This document shows, piece by piece, positions 28,501 through 37,401 of a stretch of 45,662 nt of DNA. The DNA is taken from IMG/VR virus record IMGVR_UViG_3300032324_000593, positions 1 through 45,662 of that record; one strand, 5' to 3'. How positions within the stretch are numbered: position 1 is the first letter of the stretch; each line of letters starts with the position of its first letter. Origin of the DNA: a virus (taxonomy: Duplodnaviria > Caudoviricetes). A program made the translations under genes and the position numbers. Under the pieces are notes generated by a model that was not told the origin of the DNA, made no database searches, and saw only the letters and a program-made list of their open reading frames with translations.

Positions 28501-30155
28501 GGTCAATAATAGGTGGGGGTTCTGGTAATACTGCAAGCAGTAGTTGTTCAACAATTGGAGGAGGTGCTTCTAATATTACAAGTGCTACTTATTCAACTAT
28601 TGGTGGGGGTCAATCAAATCTTGCAAGTGGTGGTCATTCTTCTATTGCTGGTGGTAATAATGTTTGTGCAACTGGTTGTAATTCTTTTGTTGGAGGAGGG
28701 ATAAGAAATTCAGCAAGTGGTTGTAATTCTGGTGTTTCAAGTGGTGGTAGAAATAACGCATCAGCAACTAATTCATCTGTATTAGGTGGTTGTTGTAATA
28801 TAACAAACGCAAGATACTCTACGATAGGAGGTGGTCAAAGAAATATAATTACATCGCCAACAAACGAATGTTGTTCTTTTGGTGTAACCATAGGTGGTGG
28901 TATAGGTCATAATACTGCTGGGGGTACATTTGATACTACTACTGGTGCTTTAACTCTTGCAATTACTTGTTGTAATTCTGGTAGATTATCTACTATTGGT
29001 GGTGGTTTTAGAAATTGTGGTACTGGATATTTATCAACAATAGGTGGTGGTAGTAATAATACTGCAAGTGGTCAAAATTCAACAATTTCTGGTGGATATA
29101 ATAATAATGTTTTTGGTAATCAATCAATAATTAGTGGAGGGTATGCTAACATTGTTAGTGGATTATGTTCATTTATTGGTGGGGGTAGTTACAATAATAA
29201 TTGTGCAAATAGTTCAACTATTGGTGGTGGTTTATCTAATATAACATCTGGAAATAAATCTGTTATTTCTGGAGGTTCTAATAATACTGCATCTTCTAAT
29301 GGTTCTTTTATAGGTGGTGGAAAAACAAATATTGCTTCTAATAGTTATTCAACAGTTGGTGGTGGTTATTATAATACTGCTTCTGATTCTTACTCATTTG
29401 TTGGTGGTGGTCTATGTAATACTGCTTCTGGTTATCGTTCAACAATTGGTGGAGGTAGAAATAATATTAGTTCTGCTAATAGTACTATAATTGGAGGAGG
29501 TTATTATAATTGTGCAAGTGGTCAATATTCAACAATAGGTGGTGGTTACTGCAATATTATTTTTGCTTGTGGTAATAGTCATACATTTATTGGTGGTGGT
29601 AAATTAAATAATATTAATAGTGGTTCAGAATATTCTTCTATAATTGGAGGTAAAAGTAATTTTACTTGTGGTTGCACAAACGTACACATGATTGGAAGTA
29701 GTATGTGTGCAACAATACGTGATACTACATTTGTTGAAAATATATGTGTTTTTGGAAGTATTACAAAAGGAAGTGGTTCTTTTAGTATTTCACATCCAGA
29801 CCCAAGTAAAACAAAAACTCATAAATTAATTCATAACTTTGTAGAAAGTCCTACTGCTGGAGATAATATTTATAGATATGAAGTAGAAGTAAAAGATGGT
29901 GTTGCTGAAATACAATTACCAGATTATTACAAATTCTTAAATGAAAACACGCAAATTTGGGTTACTGCTAAAAATGGTTTTGGTATGGGGTATGGTATTA
30001 TAAATGAAGATATGACTAATATAACTATACTTGCAGACAAAGATTTAACTTACAATATTTTAGTAATAGGAACTCGTAAAGATGAAATTGCTAAAAAATA
30101 TTGGAAAGGTGTTGAAGTAGAGAAAAACGAAGTTGAAAAACAAAATAACAATTAA
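25578..30155 (+). CDS. 1525-aa fibre/spike protein: three Gly-X-Y (GTS/GSS/GVN) collagen-like tracts, two beta domains, Cys-rich beta-helix head and C-terminal domain
   Basis: Gly every third residue in the tracts; many S.IGGG..N.A repeats; C-terminal HPDP...HNFVESP segment. Confidence 0.8.
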   Translation: MGNVSKSGKSNIQSPDGNALALFIDGITSDALIKDIYGNVERLQDYITGGTSGSSGTSGTSGVNGTSGVNGTSGINGTSGVNGTSGSNGSSGTSGSNGSSGTNGTSGSGGTSGTSGLTGTSGTDGTSGVNGTSGTSGINGTSGTSGINGTSGSNGTSGSGGTSGTTGTSGSSGSSGLNGSSGAGIANWYGSFSDTTTQVVTGSNIPTIITYNTTEISNGITISGSQITFPYAGIYEIGYSAQIDKNSGGNDEVKIWARINGFDEARTTSYVELIGANAESLPFVSYIFDLQANDYVEFVFASADATARIVTKPATTIPYASPLAPSIIIVANQVGVAVGSTSGTSGTTGTSGVNGTSGTSGLNGTSGTSGINGTSGTDGTSGSSGSSGINGTSGTSGINGTSGSSGLDGTSGTSGTNGTGGTSGINGTSGTSGTAGSGGTSGTTGTSGSSGTSGLDGDQYKTTSTTSFTLGNSGTLIVGTGLAYTPAQSIIIVFNTSNFQECEVITYNSGTGALAFGTPTRTVGSGTYALWSVNLDGASGGDGSSGTSGVNGTSGTTGTSGSGGTSGIDGTSGSSGTAGSGGTSGVNGTSGTTGTSGTDGTSGTAGSGGTSGSSGVNGTSGVNGTSGSSGTNGTSGSGGTSGSSGTTGTDGTSGSSGVSGTSGSSGVNGTSGTDGTSGSSGVNGTSGTSGINGTSGVNGTSGTSGVNGTSGTDGTSGSSGVNGTSGSSGINGTSGINGTSGSSGVSGTSGVNGTSGTDGTSGSSGVNGTSGTTGTSGSSGVNGANGTSGTDGTSGINGTSGINGTSGVNGTSGVNGTSGSSGSSGTNVGSSAVIILGAGGNSSVRTGVGNNAGGLYSGSLSGKNNNSNANYSTIVGGINNTITGQKSIISGGQNNTNIGDFATIGGGRYNNANAQASTIAGGLYNLACYRSSVSGGIINLACGTYSSIGGGSSNTAIGTRSTISGGSNNTSSGSWSIIGGGSGNTASSSCSTIGGGASNITSATYSTIGGGQSNLASGGHSSIAGGNNVCATGCNSFVGGGIRNSASGCNSGVSSGGRNNASATNSSVLGGCCNITNARYSTIGGGQRNIITSPTNECCSFGVTIGGGIGHNTAGGTFDTTTGALTLAITCCNSGRLSTIGGGFRNCGTGYLSTIGGGSNNTASGQNSTISGGYNNNVFGNQSIISGGYANIVSGLCSFIGGGSYNNNCANSSTIGGGLSNITSGNKSVISGGSNNTASSNGSFIGGGKTNIASNSYSTVGGGYYNTASDSYSFVGGGLCNTASGYRSTIGGGRNNISSANSTIIGGGYYNCASGQYSTIGGGYCNIIFACGNSHTFIGGGKLNNINSGSEYSSIIGGKSNFTCGCTNVHMIGSSMCATIRDTTFVENICVFGSITKGSGSFSISHPDPSKTKTHKLIHNFVESPTAGDNIYRYEVEVKDGVAEIQLPDYYKFLNENTQIWVTAKNGFGMGYGIINEDMTNITILADKDLTYNILVIGTRKDEIAKKYWKGVEVEKNEVEKQNNN
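25722..28058 (+). repeat. 9-bp-period coding repeats (about 25722-26123, 26592-26948, 27186-28058)
   Basis: ggtacatct/ggaacttct/ggttcatct/ggagtaaat units. Confidence 0.9.
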
Positions 30156-30171
30156 AACAAAATAAAAAATT

Positions 30172-30477
30172 ATGGAAAATTTCACAATTCATATTTTTGG
30201 ATATGGCGAAACACAAATTAATTCTAATGAATTTTCAAACAAAATAGCAACAACTGAACTTACAAAAGTAAAACCTTTAGTTGATGCTATATGGAATAAA
30301 AAACCTTTAGATTTAGAAACAGAAGAAAAATATCACGTTATACATATTTTTGGTTACAATGATATTAGATTTAAAAGTAAAGATGGGTTTGATTTAAAAG
30401 ACCAAGATGATTTAAAAACATTAATAGATGATTTAATAGCTGAACTTAAAGAAAAATCTGTAAAAAAACAAGAATAA
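30172..30477 (+). CDS. hypothetical protein after the fibre gene
   Basis: IHIFGY occurs twice. Confidence 0.65.
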   Translation: MENFTIHIFGYGETQINSNEFSNKIATTELTKVKPLVDAIWNKKPLDLETEEKYHVIHIFGYNDIRFKSKDGFDLKDQDDLKTLIDDLIAELKEKSVKKQE

Positions 30478-30488
30478 TTTAAATAATA

Positions 30489-30526
30489 AATAATGCGAGA
30501 TTTTTTTAAATTCTCGCATTATTATT
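30489..30526 (+). terminator. hairpin/terminator ending the structural operon
   Basis: aataatgcgaga...tctcgcattatt inverted repeat. Confidence 0.65.
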
Positions 30527-30534
30527 TATATTTG
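30527..30534 (+). promoter_or_regulatory. -7 promoter box (TATATTTG)
   Basis: TAnnTTTG about 22 nt upstream of ATG 30556. Confidence 0.6.
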
Positions 30535-30555
30535 TAAAACAAAACCAAGAAACTA

Positions 30556-31374
30556 ATGAAAACTATTTTTTACAATTCCTCTCTACCCAGAAGTGGTAGC
30601 ACTTTAATTCAAAACATTATTGCACAAAATCCAGATTTTTATACTACACCAACAAGTGGTTTAGTTGATTTAATTTTGGCATCAAAAAACAATTACAATC
30701 ATTCCCAATCATTTATTGCACAAGACCAAAAGCAAATGGAAAATGCGTTTTTAACATATTGCAAAGCTGGTATGCAAGGATATTTTGAAGGACTAACCGA
30801 CAAACCATTTGTAGTTGATAAAAGTCGTGAATGGAGTATAAATTATGGTTTGTTAAATATGTTTTTTCCAAATCCAAAAATTATTTGTATGGTAAGGGAT
30901 ATAAGATGTATTTATTCTTCAATGGAAAAAAACTTTAGAAAAAATCCACATAAAGAAAATCATATACAAAACGCACCACAATTAGTAGGTACTACTCTAA
31001 ACAAAAGACTTGATTTATGGGCAAGTGGAGTGCCAGTAGGAGTTGCAATAGATAGGTTACAAGATGTTATTCAACAAGGTTTGGATAAAAATTTATTATT
31101 TATTCGTTATGAAGATTTGATGGATAATCCAGAAAATGAAATGAAGCGTATTTACGAGTATTTTAATGTACCTTACTATGATAACCACGATTTTGAAAAC
31201 ATAACGCAACACACACAAGAAAACGATACCATTCATGGTATATATGGCGACCACACTTTAAGAACAAAATTTGAACGTAAACCAGATGATTATTTAGATG
31301 TTTTAGGATATGAACTATCAATGAACATTAGAAACCACTATAAATGGTTTTACGATTATTTCGGATATGTATAA
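30556..31374 (+). CDS. PAPS-dependent sulfotransferase
   Basis: 5'-PSB loop SSLPRSGSTL, KIICMVRD...SS, IRYEDL. Confidence 0.85.
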   Translation: MKTIFYNSSLPRSGSTLIQNIIAQNPDFYTTPTSGLVDLILASKNNYNHSQSFIAQDQKQMENAFLTYCKAGMQGYFEGLTDKPFVVDKSREWSINYGLLNMFFPNPKIICMVRDIRCIYSSMEKNFRKNPHKENHIQNAPQLVGTTLNKRLDLWASGVPVGVAIDRLQDVIQQGLDKNLLFIRYEDLMDNPENEMKRIYEYFNVPYYDNHDFENITQHTQENDTIHGIYGDHTLRTKFERKPDDYLDVLGYELSMNIRNHYKWFYDYFGYV

Positions 31375-31385
31375 ACAATAGGGTA

Positions 31386-33503
31386 CTAAATATGTACCCT
31401 ATTTTTTTTGTTTATTCCTATCTTAATAACCATATCGTGTACTGATATTCCTTTTTGACACTCAAATTGCTTATCGTAACCATCCCAAATAGGACACCAA
31501 TTCCAGTTTCCTTTGTCAAATTTAAAGTTTTTGTTATTCCAGCAACCATGACAAACAGATGTATTTGTCAATCTGGTACAATCACTTTGAAATTCATGGT
31601 CGGCAGTAGTGAAATTAGCAATCATGTAAACGTGTTTGTTTAATGCCCAAGCTAACCAGCTTAAACCACTACTTAAACCAATAAAATATTCTGAAAAGTG
31701 AATAATTTGCATAGTAGTTTCTAAAGACAAATCTTTTGGTTCTAAAACTTTTTCTAAATTATATTTTGTATTTATTGATACATTAACAACTTCAAAACCA
31801 TTATCAATTAGATAATAAACTAACTTTTGCCAATTCCATAAATCCCATTCTTTACAACCAGCAGTTGAATCTGGAGCAATACAAACATAAGGTTTTTGAG
31901 TATTGCTCAATTCCATTTTTGGTGTAAAATTCAATTTAGGTTTTAATTCACTAAAACTTAACCCTAAAATATTTGTAGCAGTTTGTTGTAATGGTATTGT
32001 ATTAGGTAAAACTGGCTCTTTATTACTATCATAAAACCATCCTAAATCAAATTTTGCTTGTAAATTATTAATTACTTCGGCTGGTTCAATAAAAAATATA
32101 TTTGGATATTGGTCTTTAAATAAGAAGTTTTTAAAAGTTGAAACAAACAAAACGCAATCATGTTTTTTCTGAAATTCATCACAATAAGGCAACCATGCCA
32201 AAGTGTCGCCTAATGAACTACTTTCAAAAGAAATCATAACTCGCTTACCTTTTAAATCAAACATTTGGTCAAAAATAACCTCACTTGTTTTTTGTTTGTC
32301 AGCTTTAATTTCAGTAACTTTTATATGGTATTCTGTATAGTATTTTCTGTTTAATTTTACCCACGAATTACATTTAATGGTATCTTCATAAAACAAACCA
32401 TTTTCATCAAAAAATTCAACTTTAAAAGTGCTTGTAGATTTTCCATTTATTTCAATAAAAGCACCATCTACAAAATGATGATTAATACTTACTTTTCCTT
32501 CTTTTGGTTGTTTCATAATTTTTGATTTTAAAATTGATTTATACAAATCTTCATGGTCGTTTTTGAAATGAAATGTATCATTATTACTATTTATTCTTGC
32601 TTTATATTTTAATGGACTATCTAAAGGTTTTATAATTCCATCATACATACCACAATATTGCGGTAAATTATTAGCATAAATGGTTAATTCATGGCTTATT
32701 GCTTCACGTAACACAATAGGATTACACTCTTTTTTACTTGGAAATAAAAATATGTCAGATAAAATCATAAAATCCTCAATATCTTCTCTTTCTCCCCAAA
32801 CTTTTACATTTTTTGGAATTTTTTTCATTAATGGTTTCCAATAATCAGCAAAGTTTTCAGCTTGATTACCAACTATATGAAAATCATAATCTGGATATTG
32901 TTCAGCAATTTCTAAAACTTTTGCTTGATTTTTATTATCACACCATAATCCAACGGATAAAACATTTGTTTTTTTTGTGTCAAATTTTAGTTTATCAAGT
33001 GCATTTTTGTGTTTAATTTCATTAAATGGTATTATTTCTAAAGGGTACATGATTACTTTCTTTTCCGTTTGAATATCTTTAAAAGTTTCAAGATGATATG
33101 GAGTACAAAAAGCAAAAGCATCTGGAATAAATATTTTATTTTTAGGATTAAAAGAAACATTATGACACGTTTCAACAATACGATAGTTACGATTATTTGC
33201 ATAAAGTTTTTCCATTAAATTTAAATCAAAACCCTCTGCTTCGTGGTCAATATGTACAATTTGTACACTTTTTTCTTTAATAATATCTATTAGCTTAAAT
33301 TTATTATCATCCAATGTAAATAAATTTTCTTTGCCTATTAAATTAATGATTTGATTTCTTTGTACAACATATTGGTCAGACAAACATTCATACTCAACAA
33401 GAAATATTTTGTTATAAGTATCTATAAGATTTTCAATTCTTTTTAAAAGAAATTGTGGCATACCACCAGTAGATAAGTGTGGTGCTAAAAATAATATGTT
33501 CAT
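31386..33503 (-). CDS. fusion of a GT4-like glycosyltransferase and an autotransporter O-heptosyltransferase (Aah/TibC-like) domain
   Basis: N-terminal HLSTGGMPQ and FLFPSKKECNPIVLREA; C-terminal SLGDTLAWLPY, GLSSGLSWLAW and four Cys CHGC...WCP...FEC. Confidence 0.75.
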   Translation of the reverse strand: MNILFLAPHLSTGGMPQFLLKRIENLIDTYNKIFLVEYECLSDQYVVQRNQIINLIGKENLFTLDDNKFKLIDIIKEKSVQIVHIDHEAEGFDLNLMEKLYANNRNYRIVETCHNVSFNPKNKIFIPDAFAFCTPYHLETFKDIQTEKKVIMYPLEIIPFNEIKHKNALDKLKFDTKKTNVLSVGLWCDNKNQAKVLEIAEQYPDYDFHIVGNQAENFADYWKPLMKKIPKNVKVWGEREDIEDFMILSDIFLFPSKKECNPIVLREAISHELTIYANNLPQYCGMYDGIIKPLDSPLKYKARINSNNDTFHFKNDHEDLYKSILKSKIMKQPKEGKVSINHHFVDGAFIEINGKSTSTFKVEFFDENGLFYEDTIKCNSWVKLNRKYYTEYHIKVTEIKADKQKTSEVIFDQMFDLKGKRVMISFESSSLGDTLAWLPYCDEFQKKHDCVLFVSTFKNFLFKDQYPNIFFIEPAEVINNLQAKFDLGWFYDSNKEPVLPNTIPLQQTATNILGLSFSELKPKLNFTPKMELSNTQKPYVCIAPDSTAGCKEWDLWNWQKLVYYLIDNGFEVVNVSINTKYNLEKVLEPKDLSLETTMQIIHFSEYFIGLSSGLSWLAWALNKHVYMIANFTTADHEFQSDCTRLTNTSVCHGCWNNKNFKFDKGNWNWCPIWDGYDKQFECQKGISVHDMVIKIGINKKNRVHI

Positions 33504-33516
33504 AAAAATATTTTTT

Positions 33517-33535
33517 GGTTACTGGTACAAATATA
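33517..33535 (-). promoter_or_regulatory. conserved promoter element TATATTTGTACCAGTAACC (copy 1 of 3)
   Basis: Same element at 43303 and 45589; contains TAnnTTTG; upstream of the 33503 start. Confidence 0.75.
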
Positions 33536-33547
33536 ATATTTTTTTTG

Positions 33548-33555
33548 TATATTTG
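33548..33555 (+). promoter_or_regulatory. divergent -7 promoter box (TATATTTG)
   Basis: About 29 nt upstream of ATG 33584. Confidence 0.6.
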
Positions 33556-33583
33556 AAAAAAAAAGAAACTTAAATTTATAACT

Positions 33584-34051
33584 ATGATTTACAACTTTAT
33601 TGGGCAACCACACGCTGGTAAAACCACACTTGCTAAACATCTAAAAAATGTTTTAGAAACTAATTATAATCCAATGCTTTTCAAACATTGTATTTTAGTT
33701 GATGGAGATAATTTGAGAGATATTCTTAAAAACAAAGACTTTTCGGAACAAGGAAGAAGAAACAATATCAATCAAGCATATAATATTGCTAAATTTTTAG
33801 ATAAAGATTCATGTTTTGATGTTGTAATTGCAGTTGTTTCGCCTTTTTTAGATTTAAGAGAAAAATTAAAAAAAGAAGCAGATGTAATTGAAATTTATGT
33901 ACATACAACAGATATTAGAGGTCGAGAAGCATATCATGTACCTTATTTTGAAGCACCTATGCGTAATTTTATTGATGTTGATACAACAAATATTGATGAA
34001 TTAACAACTATGAATGAACTACTAAACAATATCGAAAATTATGGAAAATAA
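33584..34051 (+). CDS. cysC: adenylyl-sulfate (APS) kinase
   Basis: P-loop GQPHAGKTT, LVDGDNLR, DFSEQGRRNNI, VVSPF, FEAP. Confidence 0.85.
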   Translation: MIYNFIGQPHAGKTTLAKHLKNVLETNYNPMLFKHCILVDGDNLRDILKNKDFSEQGRRNNINQAYNIAKFLDKDSCFDVVIAVVSPFLDLREKLKKEADVIEIYVHTTDIRGREAYHVPYFEAPMRNFIDVDTTNIDELTTMNELLNNIENYGK

Positions 34052-34349
34052 AGAATTACAAAATACTGCAAGTGTTATTCAAAAATTTATAATAGAAGGA
34101 AGAAAATTATTTTTTAAAGAAAATCAACCTATGTTTGTTGAAATTCGTTTTAATAATAACGATGTAGATGGAACAAGGAAATGGAGAGTAATTTTTAGTG
34201 GAAAAGAATTTCATACTGCTGAAATTTTTATTGAAATTCCATGCAAAACTGAAAGTAAATTTTATGAAGAATTAGGAGGTTATAAACATCATATTGTATG
34301 TGATGCTAATATAATTTATTTTGAAAATAACATTTGTAGAATAAAATAA
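34041..34349 (+). CDS. hypothetical protein
   Basis: IRFN...WRV...KHHIVC; overlapping start. Confidence 0.6.
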   Translation: MENKELQNTASVIQKFIIEGRKLFFKENQPMFVEIRFNNNDVDGTRKWRVIFSGKEFHTAEIFIEIPCKTESKFYEELGGYKHHIVCDANIIYFENNICRIK

Positions 34350-34350
34350 T

Positions 34351-34755
34351 ATGGAAAATTGGAATAAAAAAATTCACGTTAAATCTTCATTACCTAAAAA
34401 AGATGGTCAATATGCAATGTTTATTGGAAGATGGCAACCATTACATGATGGTCATAAAGCTATGTTTCAAAAAGCAATGCAACAAGGAAAAAACGTACTT
34501 ATTTGTGTCAGAGATGGAGAAGTAAACGAAAAAAACCCTTTTACTTCTGAACAAGTTAAAGAAAATATAGAAACTAATTACGCTTCATTTTTCAAACAAG
34601 GCGAAGTAAAAGTTATGGTAATTCCAGATATTTGTAGTGTAGAATTTGGTCGTGGAGTAGGTTATGATATTATTGAACATATACCACCAACTGAAATTGC
34701 AGAAATTTCGGCTACAAAAATTCGAGAAGAAATGAAAAAAAACGGAGAATTGTAA
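34351..34755 (+). CDS. HIGH-superfamily (cytidylyltransferase-like) nucleotidyltransferase
   Basis: FIGRWQPLHDGH, NPF, ISATKIR. Confidence 0.85.
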   Translation: MENWNKKIHVKSSLPKKDGQYAMFIGRWQPLHDGHKAMFQKAMQQGKNVLICVRDGEVNEKNPFTSEQVKENIETNYASFFKQGEVKVMVIPDICSVEFGRGVGYDIIEHIPPTEIAEISATKIREEMKKNGEL

Positions 34756-34970
34756 TGGAAGTAACAAAAAAACGACATATTGCAAAAACAATAAGTTATA
34801 GATTAGTTTCAACCGCAATTGGTTTTGGTGTAGTTTGGGCAGTTAGTGGCTCAATAACTATTGGAAGTGCATTTGGATTTGCTGAATTAGTTTACAAACC
34901 AATACAATATTATATTCACGAAAGAATATGGTACAGATACATTAAATACGGACTTAAAAATAAAAAATAA
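34755..34970 (+). CDS. DUF2061-like small membrane protein
   Basis: RHIAKTISYR...YYIHERIW. Confidence 0.8.
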   Translation: MEVTKKRHIAKTISYRLVSTAIGFGVVWAVSGSITIGSAFGFAELVYKPIQYYIHERIWYRYIKYGLKNKK

Positions 34971-35839
34971 TGAATGTAATTTTTCAAATAGATGGTGGAT
35001 TAGGAAAGTCAATTATGGCAACCGCAGTTTTAAAAGCAATAAAAAAGAAATACTCAAAAGCAAATATAATTGTTGTTAGTTCGTACCCAGATGTTTTTAT
35101 AAGTAATCCAAACGTAAATAGAGTTATAACACATGAACAATTAACTGGTATTTATGAAAAGTGGATAATGCTAAAAGAAGCAAAAGTTTTTGTTTCAGAC
35201 CCTTATCAAAGTTCAGATTTTATAACTGAAAGCAAACATTTAATTGAAATTTGGTGTGATATGTATGGTTTAAAATATGATGGAGAAAAACCAGAATTAT
35301 TTATTTCTAAATCTGAAAAACAATATTTTGAACCATTTTACAGATTAGACAAACCAATTTTAGCAATACAACCTAATGGTGGAGCATTAAATCAACCATT
35401 AAAATATAGTTGGACAAGAGATATTCCACAACCAGCTATGCAAGATATAGTTAATCATTTTGCTAACGATTATGCAATATTGCACATAAAACGTGATGAC
35501 CAAATAATATATGAAAATACAATGGCTTGTTTGGATAACTTTAGAAGTATAGCTATTATGTTATCTATGTCTGAAAAAAGATTATTAATTGATTCTTCGG
35601 CTATGCACATTGCAACTGCTTTAGGTTTACCATCAGTTGTTTGTTGGGTAGGCACAAATCCAAAAGTGTTTGGGTATGATATGCACACAAATATTGAAGC
35701 AAACGCACCAGATTCCGAGCCAAATCTTAATCATCCGAATTATAGTAAATATTTGTTATTTCAAGATATTAGCACAATACCTTATACAGATTTAAATAAT
35801 GTTTTTGATAAAAATTTAATAATAAATGCCTTAAAATAA
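34970..35839 (+). CDS. GT9-like (heptosyltransferase-fold) glycosyltransferase
   Basis: GGLGKSIMAT, NPNV, IDSSAMHIATALGLPSVVCW. Confidence 0.75.
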   Translation: MNVIFQIDGGLGKSIMATAVLKAIKKKYSKANIIVVSSYPDVFISNPNVNRVITHEQLTGIYEKWIMLKEAKVFVSDPYQSSDFITESKHLIEIWCDMYGLKYDGEKPELFISKSEKQYFEPFYRLDKPILAIQPNGGALNQPLKYSWTRDIPQPAMQDIVNHFANDYAILHIKRDDQIIYENTMACLDNFRSIAIMLSMSEKRLLIDSSAMHIATALGLPSVVCWVGTNPKVFGYDMHTNIEANAPDSEPNLNHPNYSKYLLFQDISTIPYTDLNNVFDKNLIINALK

Positions 35840-35887
35840 TATTATTAATAAGTTTTTTTGTAATATTGCTATATTTTTTATAACAAA

Positions 35888-36367
35888 ATGGAATTAGAAA
35901 CATTAGAAAACAAATCAATAGTATTATTTGAACAAGATGGTTCAAATTTTATGGAGCAAGTTGAAAATTTGGAAAGGTTACTAATTAATAGTGGCTCTCC
36001 AGATATTTTTGTAGGTAATTCAGAAGAATTGCCTTTAAAACATTTGTTTTCAGATGGAATTTACACAAGAGAAATATTTTTAAGAAAAGAAATGTTTGCT
36101 ATTGGAAAAATTCATAAATATGAACATACTTTTTTTTTAATAAAAGGAAAATTAAGAATATGCACAGAAAATGGTGTAAAAGAAATTGAAGCACCTTTTT
36201 ATGGTGTTTCTCCTTCTGGAACTAAAAGAGTTGTATATGCTTTAGAAGATAGTATATTTGTAAATGTTCATGCTAATCCAGATAATATATCTAATATAGA
36301 ACAATTAGAAGAAAAATTTGTAGTTTCTTCTTATGAAGAATACAACAAATACAAACAATTAAAATAA
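35888..36367 (+). CDS. cupin-like phage protein
   Basis: HLFSDGIYTREI...GKIHKYEH...GTKRVVYALED...NVH. Confidence 0.65.
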   Translation: MELETLENKSIVLFEQDGSNFMEQVENLERLLINSGSPDIFVGNSEELPLKHLFSDGIYTREIFLRKEMFAIGKIHKYEHTFFLIKGKLRICTENGVKEIEAPFYGVSPSGTKRVVYALEDSIFVNVHANPDNISNIEQLEEKFVVSSYEEYNKYKQLK

Positions 36368-36372
36368 TTATT

Positions 36373-36708
36373 ATGAGTTATATTGCAGTAGCTGGATTGG
36401 GAGTTTCAGTAATAACAAGTATTGCTGGTGGAAACGCTGCGAAAAAACAAGCAGAACAAACCAGACAACAAGAAAGGCAATTAAGGTTAGCTGAAATGTC
36501 TTTAAATGAAAAAATGGCATCCGAAAAATTAAGAGTGGAAGCAGAAATTTCTAGAACTAATATTTTAGCGAGTTCTTTATTGGCTTACAGAACAACTTTA
36601 CAAACTGAAAGTACTCAAAGGTTAAAAGATACTTGGCTATATCAAACTGGTACTGGAATTGGTTTAGGAGTGTTTTATGGATTGTATTTAATGACTTCAA
36701 AAGAATAA
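36373..36708 (+). CDS. small virion/membrane protein
   Basis: Gly/Ala-rich N-terminus, coiled coil, C-terminal hydrophobic helix. Confidence 0.65.
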   Translation: MSYIAVAGLGVSVITSIAGGNAAKKQAEQTRQQERQLRLAEMSLNEKMASEKLRVEAEISRTNILASSLLAYRTTLQTESTQRLKDTWLYQTGTGIGLGVFYGLYLMTSKE

Positions 36709-36710
36709 TT

Positions 36711-37058
36711 ATGGCTGGAGATTTAACAAGTGCTGGTGTAGGAGCAGTAAGTCAAGTAGCGACTACTTTAATTACTTCTGCGTTTGCAAAAGCAGATGCA
36801 AAAAAGCAAAGGGAGTTAATTGATGAATTAGGTAGATTAGATTTAGCACAACAAAAAGAATTAGAAATTCGTTTACAAGATGTAAAAGGAGAATTAGCTA
36901 AACAAGAAATCATTTATAAATATATTGCAGTACAAAAAAATGATGAAGCATTAGCAAAAATTAAATCAAAAAGATATACTTCTTACATTGTTTTAGGTGG
37001 TGCAGTAGTTGGATTAACATTAGTAATAATTTTATTAGCAAAAAAGAAAAATGGATAG
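36711..37058 (+). CDS. coiled-coil protein with C-terminal TM
   Basis: Probable start ATG 36711 (MAGDLTS); TM YIVLGGAVVGLTLVIILL. Confidence 0.7.
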   Translation: MAGDLTSAGVGAVSQVATTLITSAFAKADAKKQRELIDELGRLDLAQQKELEIRLQDVKGELAKQEIIYKYIAVQKNDEALAKIKSKRYTSYIVLGGAVVGLTLVIILLAKKKNG

Positions 37059-37398
37059 AGATACAAAATTTTTTATTGGCTCTTTAGGTGTAGCAATTGT
37101 TATTTTATTTCTTATTGGAAATAAGAACAAAAAAAGTACAAAAGATTTATTAAATGTAAAATATGCTGAACCTAAACAAGTAGAAGATACAGAAATTAAA
37201 GACAAAGAAAATGCAGTAATTGGTTTAAAAGCAATGCGTGAAGCAATGGATAGTAAAGAATCAAAAGCCGAGTTAGACAAACTAAACAATATAATTTTTA
37301 AAGATTATGGTGTTAAAATTATGCCTAATAAATCTACTGGATTACTTCGTGCAATGTCAAAAAAAGGAAAAGTTTTAGCAGAAGAAACAAAAGAATAA
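37051..37398 (+). CDS. N-anchored membrane protein
   Basis: TM FFIGSLGVAIVILFLIG. Confidence 0.7.
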   Translation: MDRDTKFFIGSLGVAIVILFLIGNKNKKSTKDLLNVKYAEPKQVEDTEIKDKENAVIGLKAMREAMDSKESKAELDKLNNIIFKDYGVKIMPNKSTGLLRAMSKKGKVLAEETKE

Positions 37399-37401
37399 GT
37401 T

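Noticed and set aside
36633-36710. Upstream extensions in the ORF track (also at 4945, 6669, 14363, 17281, 38254, 43414, 44326)
   Set aside because: Downstream ATGs with A-rich leaders or stop/start coupling are more plausible starts.
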